NCBI RefSeq assembly: GCF_001949145.1
Contig: NW_019091361.1
Span: forward strand, 248,001-312,000
Length of the DNA: 64,000 bases
From: Acanthaster planci
Lineage: Eukaryota
Direction: 5' to 3'
Shown piece by piece: positions 1 to 14,102 of the stretch (its first letter is position 1; each line of letters opens with the position of its first letter). Below the pieces are notes generated by a model that was given only the letters and a program-made list of their open reading frames with translations, searched no databases and was not told the origin of the DNA. The position numbers and the translations under genes were made by a program.

Positions 1-967
1 TTTGTTGGTATTTGGTTCTGTTAATCATGGTCATCATTTCACTCTCATTTGCTAACTTGTAATTTTGTTGAAATTGTCCATGAATAGTGCTCATGCTAAT
101 GAAATATTAATATTTATTTGTAATATTAATTGAATCTACTCAAATCCATCTCAGATATCATGATACATCTGCCTTGTAAGAAAAAATACTGTCTAGAATT
201 TAACCTCAATTTAATTGGGCTTATTGGAAAGGTGCAGTGGAAACTGCATCGGTATGGCTGATACTTGCTTTATTGGAACAGCGTGAGCCTTATACCCAGA
301 CTATTTACTGTGAAAATTAATTTTAAAAATGCCATCGCTTGTCATCTGCAGAAGGAAAAAGTCTCCTTAAGTTAAAACAATTCTTAAAGGCTTTCAGCTG
401 AAGGTTTCCACTTTGCCTGTTCCAATGTAACATAGATTCTTTGCATAAGATTCATCCAATGAACCTTCAAGATGGCTACTTTATGCAAAGGGTCTGTTTG
501 ACAAATTTCTTAATTGCTTCACATGTACATCCCCAATCAAACTTCTCTGGTTTTTTGGAATATGTGTTTATCAAGAGTTTGTCCAAGACTTGCCCTATGT
601 TATTATAGTAATAGCTGGTATAGACAGCACACATATCTGACTGCATGTAGCAAAAAAACATGTAATTTGGTGATTTGACAAAACTTTGCTGCTTTAATTA
701 CAGATACACATAGCAACATTGGCATTCAGAATTACCTTTGATCCCAAAATTATTTGGAGCTACACTTTTCTTGACAGAAGAAAATAATCGTAACCCTTGC
801 AAGGAATAATTATTTCTTTTGCAAAAGTCTCAACTTTAAAATTGTCATCAAATCAATCCTAAACCAGGTGAAGTTACCCAATTTTCATTTGTATTCAAGA
901 TGGTTTTTGTCATCCATTCTAATCACTAATTGATTCCTCCTTCCATTAACCCCCTTCTTCTCACCAG

Positions 968-1135
968 GAGATTAACACCTTAAAAGAAAGTCTCCAGAAG
1001 GAGAAGGTTCTTACCAGGGATCTAGGCACAGCAGCAGCCAAACTCCAGGTTATGCTAAAGAAAACACAGAGCGCCTTAGCAGCAGAGAAGGAGACAGTCT
1101 CTGAACTCAAGACTAAGGCAGATGTCACTGGGGAG
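968..1135 (+). CDS. RRBP1: RRBP1/kinectin-like coiled-coil exon (168 nt, phase 0/0)
   Basis: Acceptor cttcttctcaccag|GAG, donor GAG|gtatgt, open frame with heptad-like sequence. Confidence 0.85.
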
Positions 1136-4100
1136 GTATGTAGCACGAAGGAACATATGATTTGAGCAATTTTTCCCATTAAATAAAGTCTTATGTATTA
1201 AGCCTTACCATCCACACCTTTAAATCAACAGAGGTTTTGTACCAAGTTGAGGCAAATAAATCCTCCACTGTTACTTCACATGGTTCCTCATTTTCCTTGT
1301 AAGTCATGGTGCATTGGATGAACTTAGAGTTTAGGAAGGGGGAGACTGTCCAAGGAAAACACAAAGGGTGTCAATATGAAGTCATGGCGGAAGGAAGAAA
1401 TATACGATATGTGGCAACACGGGACTCATTTTTATAATATTTGGTGACGTAGATGTACACGAAAACTAGTCTTTGAGAGACCATTTATATGAACATCAAC
1501 TGTCCATGGGAGCGCGTATCTTTAGTGGATTTGTTCTTTTAATTGCAAACCTCAAAAGTTCTACTTGTACCGGTGCCTTTCATTCAAGAGACATTAGACC
1601 TTGATACCTAGTTTACTGAGAACATCTCGAAGGCGATAATGTAATTTTTGGGCTTAACCCCCTATGGACCATTGAAATCCTGCATAACCTTGTTGGGTTC
1701 AGCACGGTTAGGGGTATTATACGGTCTAGGGGGACACTGGCAGCATGCACATCTTAAAGTAAAAATCCCCAAAGAAAAAGTGGATAATTTTGGAATGTGC
1801 TGCCACAAGTGTCGGCCTTTTATTAGAGCAAGTAGTTATACTCGGCCCGTATTGGAAGAGTCACTTTGAGCACACACTAATATGTAAAATTCTTTGCCTT
1901 TAACTATAAAAGCATGTTATATCACTGTCCCAAATCACTCGCTTGTCCTTAAAAATACGGTTTAGCAAATTTGAATGCTCATGCAGAATCAGCTCAACAC
2001 AAGTTATGAGCATCTATCTCTTCCATCTCTGGACATTGATACCTCCTTAGTGTTTGCATTGGAGATTTTTTATGCATTCAGCTGTTTGGACAAAACTCAC
2101 CCCTGAACCAAATTCCCCATTAGATGAAGAAAGATGCAAATCTATAGCCAAAATCATGGAGGGATTAGAATGCCGGCACCTGCTTGAGGAAGACCACTGA
2201 AGCTGGATTTAAAACTTCGGAGGTCAAGAATTCTTGACTAGACAGATGATCAATATACATATATATATTGAAAATTTGTGCAAGCCTTTGGGAAAACTCA
2301 GAGCAGAAGGAGGGCTACCAAACCTCTCGGAATCTTGCCTGGTTGAGTTCCAAGGGCTTTTTTTCACATTAATCCTCGCCTCAACCTACACCTAATATGC
2401 ATGAAGCTTGCTTTGATCATTTCTTATACATATGTGCACTGCGGAATTCCTTACCTTATGATTAAGCCTAACACTCAACAGTGCATGCAGTCCCTTCAGT
2501 TTGCACATGCAGACCCTCAGTGGTTACTTCTTGGCAATCCAGTTTTAATGACAGGCTTTCAGTCAACACTACCATTATAACAAACATAATTTGTAACTCA
2601 ATCAAGTACAGGTGCACTGCGTTTATAACTTCACAGTGTGGGTAGACTGTGTTTTGAGACTATTCAATATTGCATGAATCTGATTAAGTGTCAATTTGGC
2701 AAGGGGAAAGCATTGTGTGTTGTATATGTACACGTATGTAGACAGCACATGTACATTTATGTAACCTGGCAACCTGCTGTAGCTAATCCATGCATGAGCT
2801 TTGGTGGCACAATATTTAACCCTAAAAGAGTTGAATGGTGGCAGATTGCCCCGACATTTTCCCTGGTATATGTACTGTCAAAAAATTTTCCCATGAGCCT
2901 TTACTAAAAAAAAATTTCCCTGAGCTTTTACTAGTTTCTCCAGTTAATGTCTTGCAATCATTTTGCCACAAATGTTACAAAAATCAGACATGTCACTCTA
3001 GTGAAATGCCCATATTTCTGAGAAAGGACAGGCAAATATGGTACTTTTTCTACCGACATGCTCAGAGCTTATGGGCTGACGTAGCAATAAAGTCTTTTGT
3101 CAAATTGAATTGCAGTTTCACAGATGTACTCCAGATGAAAGTCTTCACAAGCATAGATAGAAGTTTAAAAAAGAGTACGTACGGGACAGCAAAGAGTTTA
3201 TGTCCATGGTTTTTGGGAGTCTCTTTCGTGGTTCAAGAGCCATTTTCAGAGAGGAAAAAAAGCAGAGTTGTATTTACAAAAGCAGACCTTCAGTTTGATA
3301 CTAACTCTAGTAAATGCTGATGATGTCGTGAAAAATGAATTTTAAGCATGTGCTGAATGTAAGAGTGTTAAAATCTGCTGGTAATTAAAAAAAAACAATA
3401 ATCCCCTTGATATGGCCAATCAGGAGCAGCAGAATGTGAAGAGAAATGAATCAACTCAACTTTCCAGCACTAAATCAGATGAGTGTACTTGTTCAGCATG
3501 AAAGATGCAAGTCTGTGTCCTTATTTCCAAGAAGAACTCAAAGTGCTTCTTCTGTGAAACGGGTCTACGGTATATCTCTAATTGTTTGTTAGAAACGGTA
3601 CCTTTCTGCTTGTGTTATTGACTGTTTGCGTTTGTCTACCCCTGCATCCTAGCCCCTGCGGGAGGTAGATTTCAAGTGTGTAAAGATAAAATCATTCATT
3701 ATAAATTGTATCTGGTAGAGTTGGGTATGTAATCAGAGCTGAGCTTCTGCCATTATTGCAAGAATCATCAAAGATGCTACAACTGTAGTAGTGGCAAATT
3801 TTAAAAATGTTAAGGAACAGCACTGTGTTTATTATACATAGAGAAGACCAGTGTCTGACAATGAGAGACTTTGCGACACTTGATGGCAGCAGACAAATTG
3901 GTCCTATTTGGTTGATGCGGGCATGCACGTGTAGTTCTAAGCATGCATGCAAGTTCTGAGCAAGCGCACAACTGCAGAAAAGGACTGGTTTGTCTGCTGC
4001 CACCATGCATCTGGAAGTCTCCCATTGCAGAAGTTATTTTTGTTCAGATACCATCGCTGGCAGAGGTTAGCTAAAAAAGCACACGTTGCTCCATCATGCA

Positions 4101-7100
4101 TGCTTGATGTGGGTCATACAGAGAATGCATACATATGTCAGGTTCCTGGTGATGCACACACCCATTACTAGAATCAATTTACAGAACTAATCAGTAAAGA
4201 ATTGATATCAGTTACAAGTGGTTTGTGAGCAAACCAACACCAGTGGTTGATAATCATTGTTAACATGGTTCATAGCAAACTATTTTTCAGAAGGGTGAAG
4301 TTTACAAGAATTACAAATCCCCATCACCGACTGTCTTGATATCAATCTCTACTCTTTAGTTTTGCCCATTTTTTGAAATGCTTAATTTGATTTGTGGCAT
4401 GTCGACGAATGGGTGTGTCTAAGCTCTGGATAGTTGGATGCCGTTTCATTCCTTCACTGGTTTACCATTCTTCTGTGTGTCTGTATCCCTTTTGTTTTCT
4501 TTCTCCTTGAGCAGCAAGCAGAGATAAGTAGCACATTGACAGACAGCCAAGTTGAGCTGCAACTCTTAGATGCTGCAGATGATGAGGAGGTATAACCCTG
4601 GTTCCCCACACCTGTCAGTTTGTTTGTTTGGTTCTTGGTTTCGGTAATAGAAACAATGGAATGCTTGAGGAGATTTATTTTTTTGTGTGATCTAAAAACA
4701 ATGCATATCTTTTTGTATCAATATTGAAAAATTGCCTTTGAGAAGAGGTTGCATGCTTGCTGCAGTTAAGAATTTTGCCGTGCCATGCTTTGGATAGGAG
4801 AGAGCATATTTGCATTGATGTAGTCAGGTCTGAGTCTGATTACCAGGCAACGATAGCCAAAAGGTGGATTTGTATTCAAGCCATATATGGAAAAATGTTG
4901 AGCCAGAGTCCTTGAAGTCAGGAGATAAGAAATTTCAAAAGCCAAAGTCAGAAACATTGCCAAGGTTCTTAAAGTTTTGTAGCAATGTTACCAGGATACG
5001 GGATTGATACAGAACTTAAATATGTGTAGAAACTGCAAACATGTTCCATTTTTCAATCTTAGATTCAATTGTACCCAAAGCATAGCTTGTAGCTGCAGTT
5101 ATTTCCGAGGAATCAAACTTCAGCTTGAACTTGAAATATGTGTGTGCTGCCTCTCCTCCATAAATTGCAAGGGGCCTTGGCTGTGGACAAGACTTCAGCC
5201 TCAATTAATCACCAGACTGTTCCTTGTAGTGGTTTGGTTTTAATCTTGGAAGCAAAGCTTCACTCAATCGTAGAAAGGCCTAATTCCTCAAATATCACTT
5301 CTTCTTTTGCAACTCCTCAGGCATGCCTGTAGTCTGCTGATGTAGTCTTAGTAGTCATGATACTTTCCATTCTTGAATGTTGCATAGCTAACCTTGTGTA
5401 CATGTAGATAGGTTTGTTTTGCCCTTGTGCTCTTGAACAAACGTATATCTTGTGCTCTTCATAATAAAAAGGGGTTTTGGAAGAAGTGGAAAGCATAGAA
5501 ACTGGATCAAACATTCTGCATAAAGTTCATTCATGGGTGATTTAAGTTCTATGAAATAGTCTTTTCTCTCATGAGTAACAGACATGTACATGAAAAACCT
5601 GTTTGATTAACCTGTCTCAGAGACTTACCACATACGTGTAGTATTAATTGCAGTGTTGAAATATCAAGAAATGAAATCTAAGACAATGGCTACATGTTAC
5701 ATATCTAAAATGAGGCCAGTTTAAGATGAGTCTCTTGCAAAATCTTTCTTTAAATTTGAGAGCTTTGTTTCTTATCAAGCTAAGGAGTAATTTCAATTCT
5801 AGCTCAGCCATGCTCAGATCGCCACTATTAACACAATGTCTATACATTGCTATATACCATATTGTTACTGTTGCAGAATGGTTCTTGGTGCATTCTAGAG
5901 CAAGCTGCGTCTGAAAAGTCATAGCTCAGGTGCATGGCCTGCAGATCGTTTCTTTGCTTCACTTGCACATTACTGAACATTGACACAATAGTATTTTGCA
6001 TTAATTTGTTGTTTGCTTGAGTATTCACTGCACTGCAATGGGTTTTACCCTTTTCCCTCCTAGTTGTGTTTATTTTTATTGTTTTTTTTTTCATTGGTGT
6101 TCCTTTTTGTTTATGTTAGAAAATGTTTAGTAATTACTGAAAATAACTCACTCCATCCATGGACCCAGCGGTTCTTTGCATAGTGGTATTAAAAAAATGA
6201 CCTTTTCTCAGACTTTCTAGACTAGAGGAAATCTTACAGCCTCTTTTATATCTTTGAGAAAAGGATATCTGTAAGATGTTCTAAACCCACAACTGATTTC
6301 TAAAGCTAAGACGCCATTGTTGTCTGGTTTCGTGTGGGTTCTTTGCATTGACATCCCGGTATCTTTGTACACATCACGTTATACAACACGTCAGTACCAA
6401 ATGATGTTAATCTCATTATCAATCACTTCAACTTTAAAAGAAATCAACTTTCAGGATCTGTCAGAGTTTGAATGAACAGTCAGTGAATACAAGTGGGCTT
6501 ATGCTCATACTTGTGATTGAATCTACCTTGGCTCCCTATTTTAACAGTGGTTTTTCATTTGTCCTTGGGATTTTCACCTTGTTAAGGGCACTGACTTGTC
6601 GATAGCATATTCTCCAATATTTGATAGACCTGCATGCGTGAGTGCACTCGGGGGTATTTACTTGAAGGTAATAGCAGTTCAGAAACAAATACCTAACAGG
6701 TGAAACTCACAAAACAGGTGGAGTTTGTACTTGGAACATGTACCATTTGTAAGAGCATCTCAAAACTCCTGGGGTTTTCTGTTAAGAGGCTCTGGCTTTA
6801 CCTTTGGGAACGTGGCTTGGTTAAGCAAGAGGTTTGCAGTAGCACCATGCAAAAGTGTCTCTTTCTGTGTAGGTCTGAAAAGAATCAGAGAGTACTCGGT
6901 GTTTTGAACAGTATGCTCTCTCCATCGTCAGGAGACTCAAGACTGCAGGGATTGCGATAATGAAGTCTGCTACCACAGACCTCTGACTTAACTTGCCACC
7001 TTCACCGTAAAAAGCTTCAAAGCTCAGCAAGACATGACTTGTTCTTAGCATGTCTGAAAGATGGATATGCCATCCCCAATCCATTTGCAAATTGGCTGTT

Positions 7101-9396
7101 CTGTGGCTAGGGCTTCTGTTTTCTGCCGGTAGTTTACTTCGTTGAACAGCCATTGCTGTAGACAGTAGTGGCCAATGCTATTGCGGGCCTAGCCTCAGTC
7201 TACAGTTTTGTTGCACTTAAAGGTCACAGAATTTCTCTGTGGTAACATTTGTATCAGTTTGACTTGCAAACTACAATCAGAGTCTTTGAGATGCTTCCTT
7301 AATAATCATTGAAAGGAGCGCTGACTTTGACTGTTAGGGCTATGCAAAACACTCTAGATGGCGACAGTTATAAAAACTGTTTGAATTGAAAAATTGCTCA
7401 GGCAAACAGTTAACACTGATTGATACGTTGCCTGAAAGTGAGTGGTACCTTGATTGATCAAAGCAGTGCGATGATAAAGCCAAATACATGTATTCAGGGT
7501 TCCTCGTCTTTAACAGTGAAGTTGCATCATAAATTCCCTTCAATTAAATTTCTCGGAAACTTCTCACCAGTTCATGATTCTAGTTGTATGTGAGGGAAAC
7601 TTGCCTCACAAACTCACCCAACCACTAATTACATTGTCCTACCGGATAGAATATATTATAGAGTCATACTTTGAAACAGTAGAGGCCAGCAAAATGTGGA
7701 GTAGGAACTGATTTGGAAAAGAGGTAATTTTTCAAAACCAAGAGCATTTGTTTGACACTTTGAGTTTCAGTTTCAGTTTCAGTTTCCTAGTCCACCATTT
7801 AACAGCAACAGATTGATGGGCTTAGACTTGTGCTGAGGAAACCAAAAAACAATCTGGTCAGCCATTTTACACTGTCTACCAACCTGTGGATCTGAATGGT
7901 AGGAAAGGCAGGCCTACCGTATTGCATCCATAGAACATCGCTAGACTCCTTTCTCAAGATGTAATCTTCACATCTAAGGAAATCTGTGTGGCTGCTGGTG
8001 GAGAGGCTTTTAGCCAGTCTTATATCCAGCTGCTCTACAGCTGACTAATATACCAGTCTCATACTGTGATTACCACAGAGACCAGAATACAATCTCAAGA
8101 TAGTCTATGGTATTACATTGCCAAACATTATATGCCAAGACGGGATTTTAGTATTGGACTTGTACGATATTTGACTTTACCAAACTGCAGGAGAAAACAG
8201 AGATAGTGCTGCAGTCAGTTAATGTTATCCAGCCAGTTAACATATCTGGTTTGATCAGATTACATCACAATAAGGTATCTCAACCTCTGTGTATATAGCA
8301 GTGCAAAGACAAAATGTTGCTCTATGCAACAATTCATAATGCACATTGAACAACCTGATACCAGTGTATCCTATTTCACTAAAACATCTTTCTGTTCCAA
8401 CATGCACTAATGGTCAAATATGAACAATTGAGTTCTCTTACAGCAGCCTCTGTACCAAATGCTAATATCTGGCCATAAGAAATATCTTTTTGAAGTACAA
8501 CTATAAAATATTGTTCATCTACTAACCAACCATTGAATTTGTGACTTCAATGACAATGTTGTACTGCTTATCGTGTGATGAAGATTTGTGTTATAAAATT
8601 TAAAGTTGTGTCATGTTACTACTAGTCATTAACAGTTGTTTGGTCTGTAAAGTATAAGATGCTATTTTGAAATTCCGGGTGATCATTTTGATTGACTAAG
8701 AATGTCACATTGTCAGTTAAAGATAGTACACCAGAATAACATCAAAATTGGCCTTGCTTGCTAATTTTGAAATAATGAAAGCAAACATGAACTACAGTAC
8801 ATGTACTCAATCTGTGCATGCTATGCACCATGTCTCGTGTTTTAGCATGTATATGCTACTAATGTATTACGTATACGTATTCCAACCACCCACCTCCTGT
8901 ACACTGCACCCCTCCTACCCACCCGCCTCAGCATGGCACTTAAAAACTGGGTAGTCGATAAGATAATTGATGAACCTCACTAATAATCTATACTGCTTGA
9001 TTAGCTTGTGTTAAGCTATTTCCATGTAGAAATCCAACTTCTCTGCTGATGTTAATAACAAGATAAATATTTTACAGGTTTGAGATCCAGATAATATTCT
9101 TTGTATGACCTTACTCCCTTTTTTCTCCATTGCATGTTCATCAAAGATACCGAACCCAAATTATTACCAGGGTTCTGTATTTTGATACCAAAATGTACCG
9201 GTAGTTATACCACTAGCTTCTAATTGACTGATCTAGCTGGAAAACTTACAAATTTTTGATCAAACACTAGCAATTATAAAAGCAATGATAGCCTTAGAAA
9301 TGTAAAAGTAAAAGTTTTTGTTTGTTTTTTTCAACTCAGGGTGCCAATGCCAAACCTACCAAACCAACAGACTCCAGTGATGGTTCATCCGTGTAG
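968..9396 (+). CDS. RRBP1: 3' part of ribosome-binding protein 1 (p180)/kinectin-like coiled-coil protein; exons 968-1135, optional 4515-4589/4595, terminal 9340-9396; 5' part lies outside the window
   Basis: Exon 968-1135 encodes EINTLKESLQKEKVLTRDLGTAAAKLQVMLKKTQSALAAEKETVSELK. This closely resembles the recalled RRBP1 C-terminal segment LEKEKKLTSDLGRAATRLQELLKTTQEQLAREKDTVKKL. The terminal exon ends DGSSV* (RRBP1 ends EGTSV*). Confidence 0.8.
4515..4595 (+). CDS. Putative alternative exon of RRBP1-like gene (QAEISSTLTDSQVELQLLDAADDEE, then V* or splice at 4589)
   Basis: Strong pyrimidine tract then cag|CAA, phase 0 matching the upstream donor; ends GAG|gta taa. Confidence 0.5.
   Translation, partial: QAEISSTLTDSQVELQLLDAADDEEV
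9340..9396 (+). CDS. RRBP1: Terminal coding exon of RRBP1-like gene (GANAKPTKPTDSSDGSSV*)
   Basis: Acceptor tttgttttttcaactcag|GGT, phase 0; C-terminal GSSV* resembles RRBP1 GTSV*. Confidence 0.75.
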   Translation, partial: GANAKPTKPTDSSDGSSV

Positions 9397-12209
9397 CATC
9401 TCTACTTGATGACATGAAAGAATCTCCAAAGGCCTTCCATCCAACTGTAACATAAAAATCCCATGCGTAATCCTTGCATTGTATTGGATTAGTCGTAGTC
9501 GGTGGTAGCCTAGCATCTTGAAATGCATGCATATCACATCCCTAGTTAACGTAGACATCTCAAGTGCCCTCTCTTGATACCTTGTCAAATACATGGCATT
9601 ACTGCTAGCATCAATAAACAGTGGGAATTCTTGCATTTGAAGTGAATTCCTAATACTTGAATTACCTGTAAATACCATACCTTGATACGGTTGTATTAGA
9701 AGCTTAACAGACTGTAATCCTCACTCTTAGAATTCCATTTGAAGATCATATGAGGGCGCTCTTGATGTAAATAGTTAAGGTCATAGGTCATTTTTATTTG
9801 AAAGGATCCAAAGCAGCGCTGTGTAAAACTTTTTGTGCGTGTATTGCATAGAAGAAATTTTAAGCTCTGATTTCTTTTGCTTTTTTTCGTTGACAAAACC
9901 ATAGAATGGATATTCATTGAGCAGAAAATGACAGTTTGAGAAGTGCCACTTGTTAGAATGATTTTCTAAGATGTTCTGATCAAGGGATGTTCACGGTTCG
10001 ATTTTGAAATCACTTGGGGTTAGGTCTTTGTTTTTTGTGTGTGTGAAGTGCAGCAGGAGTATTAGTCCAACGTGTGCAAAGTTTGGTCTTGAAACATATG
10101 CAATTGGATACGTGTATTGTAATTCTTGTGACTCAATGTATCTCTTTCCTATGGAGGTCCATCAAAATGTGTATACAATGTTGTCTTTGTTATCAAGCTT
10201 TATGCATTGACTCAGAGAAATATTCTCTTACATTTAGAAATTTCTCTATTTTGCATTGTAAATGTACACCCATAATTTACTGCAAAGCCATGCTTTTTCC
10301 CTGGTAACCATCAGTTCCTTAAAAGAAAAATGTTGATAGATGTTTACCAGTGAAATGAAAAGGTCTTAAAATGCACAGTTCATTTGATGTCCACTTGGAC
10401 TGTTGATGTGGAATTACTTTATTTCATGTCTCCTCTCTGCTGCCTTTTGCTCCAATCAAGAAACAAACCATAAGTTTCAAATTTCAGTTTGCAGTTAAGT
10501 ACTTAATTTTCTGTACTGGATTTTCTTTGCTTTATATTTTATTCAGTTCAATGGGTGTGTAATACCTGTGTTCAAATGGAACTAAGCCAACTTAAATGGT
10601 CAGCAGTACATGTAGTTTTGTAAACTTCACAGATGATTTTACAAATACATCCGTAGAAATACTAATTGCTTAATGTCATTCATCAATGACACACGTCCAA
10701 AAAGTAGTGATGTAACATTCCAAAATATAAATTAATTGATCAAATTAGTAAAACATTACCAAACTCATTGTCTGTTTACTTGTTGAATGTAAACAATAAC
10801 TGGTTGTGGGTTTACCTTTTGAGATATTGAATGCATTGGAAGCAAAGAAACTGATGTGTTTTGTTTCTTCCCCCCCCCCCCAAAAATGTTGAATCCCTTA
10901 CAAGCTTATTTCTCTTGTACACTATCAGGTCACTGCTACAGTACTTTGTGAGTGACCTTGTTAAGTAAGCCATTTCATTGTCTCAATGGCGGAAGGACAT
11001 CCATATACAGTTCACATTCCTGATTGTGTCAGTCTTTGTCATTGTTTTTCTTTGTTAAACTTACACTTTAAACTGTGATTCTGCCTACGTTCTCTTCCTG
11101 GTACATCTTAAATACTTCTGCTTTATGTACTGACTTACTGAGTTTAAGCTAAGGGTGAATATGAGGTCCAGATCATTTAATTAGGACCAGATAATTTGTG
11201 GGTTTTTTAGTTCAAGTGTAGAAAAGGGAACATTAACTGGATTGAAACTGAATATGAAAACAGGGTAATGACCTGAAAGGGTAGGGTTTATTCATTTTAT
11301 GCGTGATTGAAGATAGTTTGATGTGAAACCTTGTGATCATACTGCAATACATGTATATGCAGTAGTATTAATATTTTCACACGTGTACTATTTGAACCTA
11401 ACCTGCTCTCTAAAGTATCATTTGCTGTCCACTTGAAATATTTTGTTGTGATAGTTAAATGCCTTATGTGTCTTGCTGGATACTATTTGAATCTTGAAAT
11501 TTATTTGGAGATTACTTTGAACAGCTTTTGCATTTAAAGTACTGGTGGGCGGATTGACACTGAATGTTTTTGGAATGAATTGTTTTGTCTTTTAATCAAA
11601 TGCAGGATATTTATAAAGGTTGATTTTTTTCTGAAGTAAGTTGGTTAAAATTGAAGGGAAGTTGGTTACCATGTGCTCGATCCATTACCTTCCCTTGTGG
11701 GTAGATGAACGTCGCCATGGATAATCATTGGGTAAAGACACAAAACTGGTATCCATGTATTGATCACCTCTGTAAGTATTTAGGGATATAACTGCCTCCT
11801 ACTTTCTTGGACTTGCTATCAAGGAAGAGAGTTACGGAGCCTTCACAATTGATTAGATCCAAATTGAAGTTACACTTGCAAAAAACATGGTTACACATTA
11901 CCATGAAGGTAACTAAGCTGTTATGTGAGAGGCGATTCAACTAACCTAAGCTTGCCAGTCCAGCCTCACCTTCAACGAAACCATATAAAGGTCAGGTGAC
12001 TACTTTTTGGAAGGTGGGTACTACTAATAAGTAATAGACCAAGATTTGCTTCACTTTTAGTCTCGCTAAATTTATGATCGCTTCTTTGTGCAACGTAGCA
12101 AACATTAAAGCATACATCAAAAGTGAATCTGACTACAGCAGAGATATTACAAAGTGTTGACCTTTTCAGGCTGCATTATTTTGTAGTTCGAAGGCAATGA
12201 CAGATGAAC

Positions 12210-12215
12210 AATAAA
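12210..12215 (+). terminator. Candidate polyadenylation signal of RRBP1-like gene
   Basis: AATAAA followed by GT-rich sequence; further AATAAA near 12317 and 12339. Confidence 0.35.
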
Positions 12216-12506
12216 ATGTGATTGTGTCCTCAAGGTGAACATTTCCTGATTCCCATGCAGTTGGATTCTTGATGGTAAGATAAGCTATCAATTCCCGGCA
12301 TATTATGTCATAACGAATAAAAGTGGTTGTCATGACCAAATAAAAAAATGCTTGGAGTGATTATTTTCCTTGACTCATCAAGAGTGATTCGCCAGATCCA
12401 TGTCTCGTTTTATACGTTTGATTGTTGTGATCAACTTACAACATTGTGAAACCAAGTTCCATTGCTTGCACAATAAAACCTGTAATTGGGGGAGCAAGAC
12501 GGCCGT

Positions 12507-12638
12507 TTCACAATATTGCGCCACCACGAGTTGGCAACATTTTGGCCAATCACAATGCGCGTTTGGAAATGGTCGACAAATTTCGCACGTTATGATTGGT
12601 CAGCATGTTGCAAACTCTTGGTGGCGCACTATTGTGAA
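12507..12638. mobile_element. Palindromic MITE-like/foldback element (~130 bp)
   Basis: Left arm ttcacaatattgcgccaccacgagttggcaacat matches the reverse complement of the right arm (ttcacaatagtgcgccaccaagagtttgcaacat) at 31/34; inner ccaatca/tgattgg also pair. Confidence 0.65.
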
Positions 12639-14008
12639 TCGCCTGTATTGGAATCAAGATGACGAAATGAATTTTATTACCTTACTTGATATCTTGATGT
12701 TTGATTTTGTCCCTTTTTTTGAGGAGGTTTAACTTCAACTTGGGCTGCATTGTTGAGTTCAAGAAATGCATCCTTGCTGGTTAAGGGTAGTCCTTGCGTG
12801 CAGCGAATCATGGATAGGGTGCCAAAGAACAAATTTTCCTTGTAGCTTGCGATGCATAACAAACATGACAAAAGGTCTTCGATCCTATTTATTCTATTGC
12901 TCTGCTTTTTTCCCTCATGTTGCCAATTCACATTTAATCACTGTCAGCAAGTTTGCAGTAACACTAACAGCTTTACACGTCGAAAATACATGTATTTACC
13001 TACGACTCTTTGAATTCCACATGAACACTAGTATCGGTATTTTACCACTATTTGGTCAAATTAAATCGCAGCCGCTTGGGATGTCACATTTCTATTGCAC
13101 CCTTAATAGATGTTGAAGTGGGGCCAAATTACTGAACAGCCCGAGATGGCTGGGGTATTATGGTACGTGACTCACTGCATTGTTTGGAAGATGTGGGGAT
13201 TCCCCATTTCAGTCCAACAATCGGTGGTTTCATTATGTTTCGGTTCCTTAATTTTCAGAAAGGCCGATTAAATATGAAGTCATTGAGTTAACCGTCAAAG
13301 GTCAGCATCAGAATGGTGGAACCAAACCTGTCCGCTTGAGCACCAATCATGTGGCCTTTTCTACCACAACATATCCCGGACGCGTGTTGAACTTGAACAC
13401 GCGATCTGCACTTGTGCCTACGTGCTAAAAAAGAATTTGTCGAGAAGTACCCTTCCCCATCCGAAAGCATTTTAGCCAGGTGTAACCCCCACCCACTCGA
13501 TTTTGCAGTCGCTTCGTTGAGATAATAATGATTCAAGTATCTTCTCACGAAGGAAGTAATTAAACTAGCCCAAGAAACAAACATCCTGCCACGCCCCCAA
13601 TTTTGTGGTCGACTTTATTCCGCATAATCTGTCTTGTCCGTGATTTGGCAAAGGAATTTCCCAGAGTCTGTTTCATGATTTCATTACTGAAATCACGCAA
13701 CAGTCACCGGACCCTTAAACCCGGAAATACTGACTCGGCGCTGCTTGCCCAAAACTAAATACATTTTTTTATGTACTTTAGGCTGAGTTTGTGCATATCA
13801 TGGAGACTCATGCCTAGTGGGTAGACCAACTTGTCAGAAAGATCAGATCATATTACCCTTCAATTTCAAATAACTGACGTTGGCTGTTGTGTGTGGTGAT
13901 TAAGGGCCTAGTACGGATACGGTCAACTACGAGATAGGCCAAACTGAATTGCAGAGAAACAGATCCGAACGACGGAGAGAAGCAGGTTGCAGCAGACCTG
14001 GAGTAACC

Positions 14009-14102
14009 ATGGCCATAAACGCTCAAAGATTACGGGAATTGCCAGGGAATGACAGATGTGCTGACTGCCAAGACTGCGATTGTCAAGAATGCGGTTTTCC
14101 AG
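14009..14102 (+). CDS. ADAP-like exon 1 (ArfGAP N-terminus MAINAQRLRELPGNDRCADCQDCDCQECGFP)
   Basis: Kozak-like accATGG; donor CAG|gtaggc. Confidence 0.85.

Noticed and set aside
2816..3371. 161-aa ORF and possible TTAA-flanked element in an RRBP1-like intron
   Set aside because: No recognisable protein motif; the termini (ttaaccct...gtgttaa) match too weakly to call
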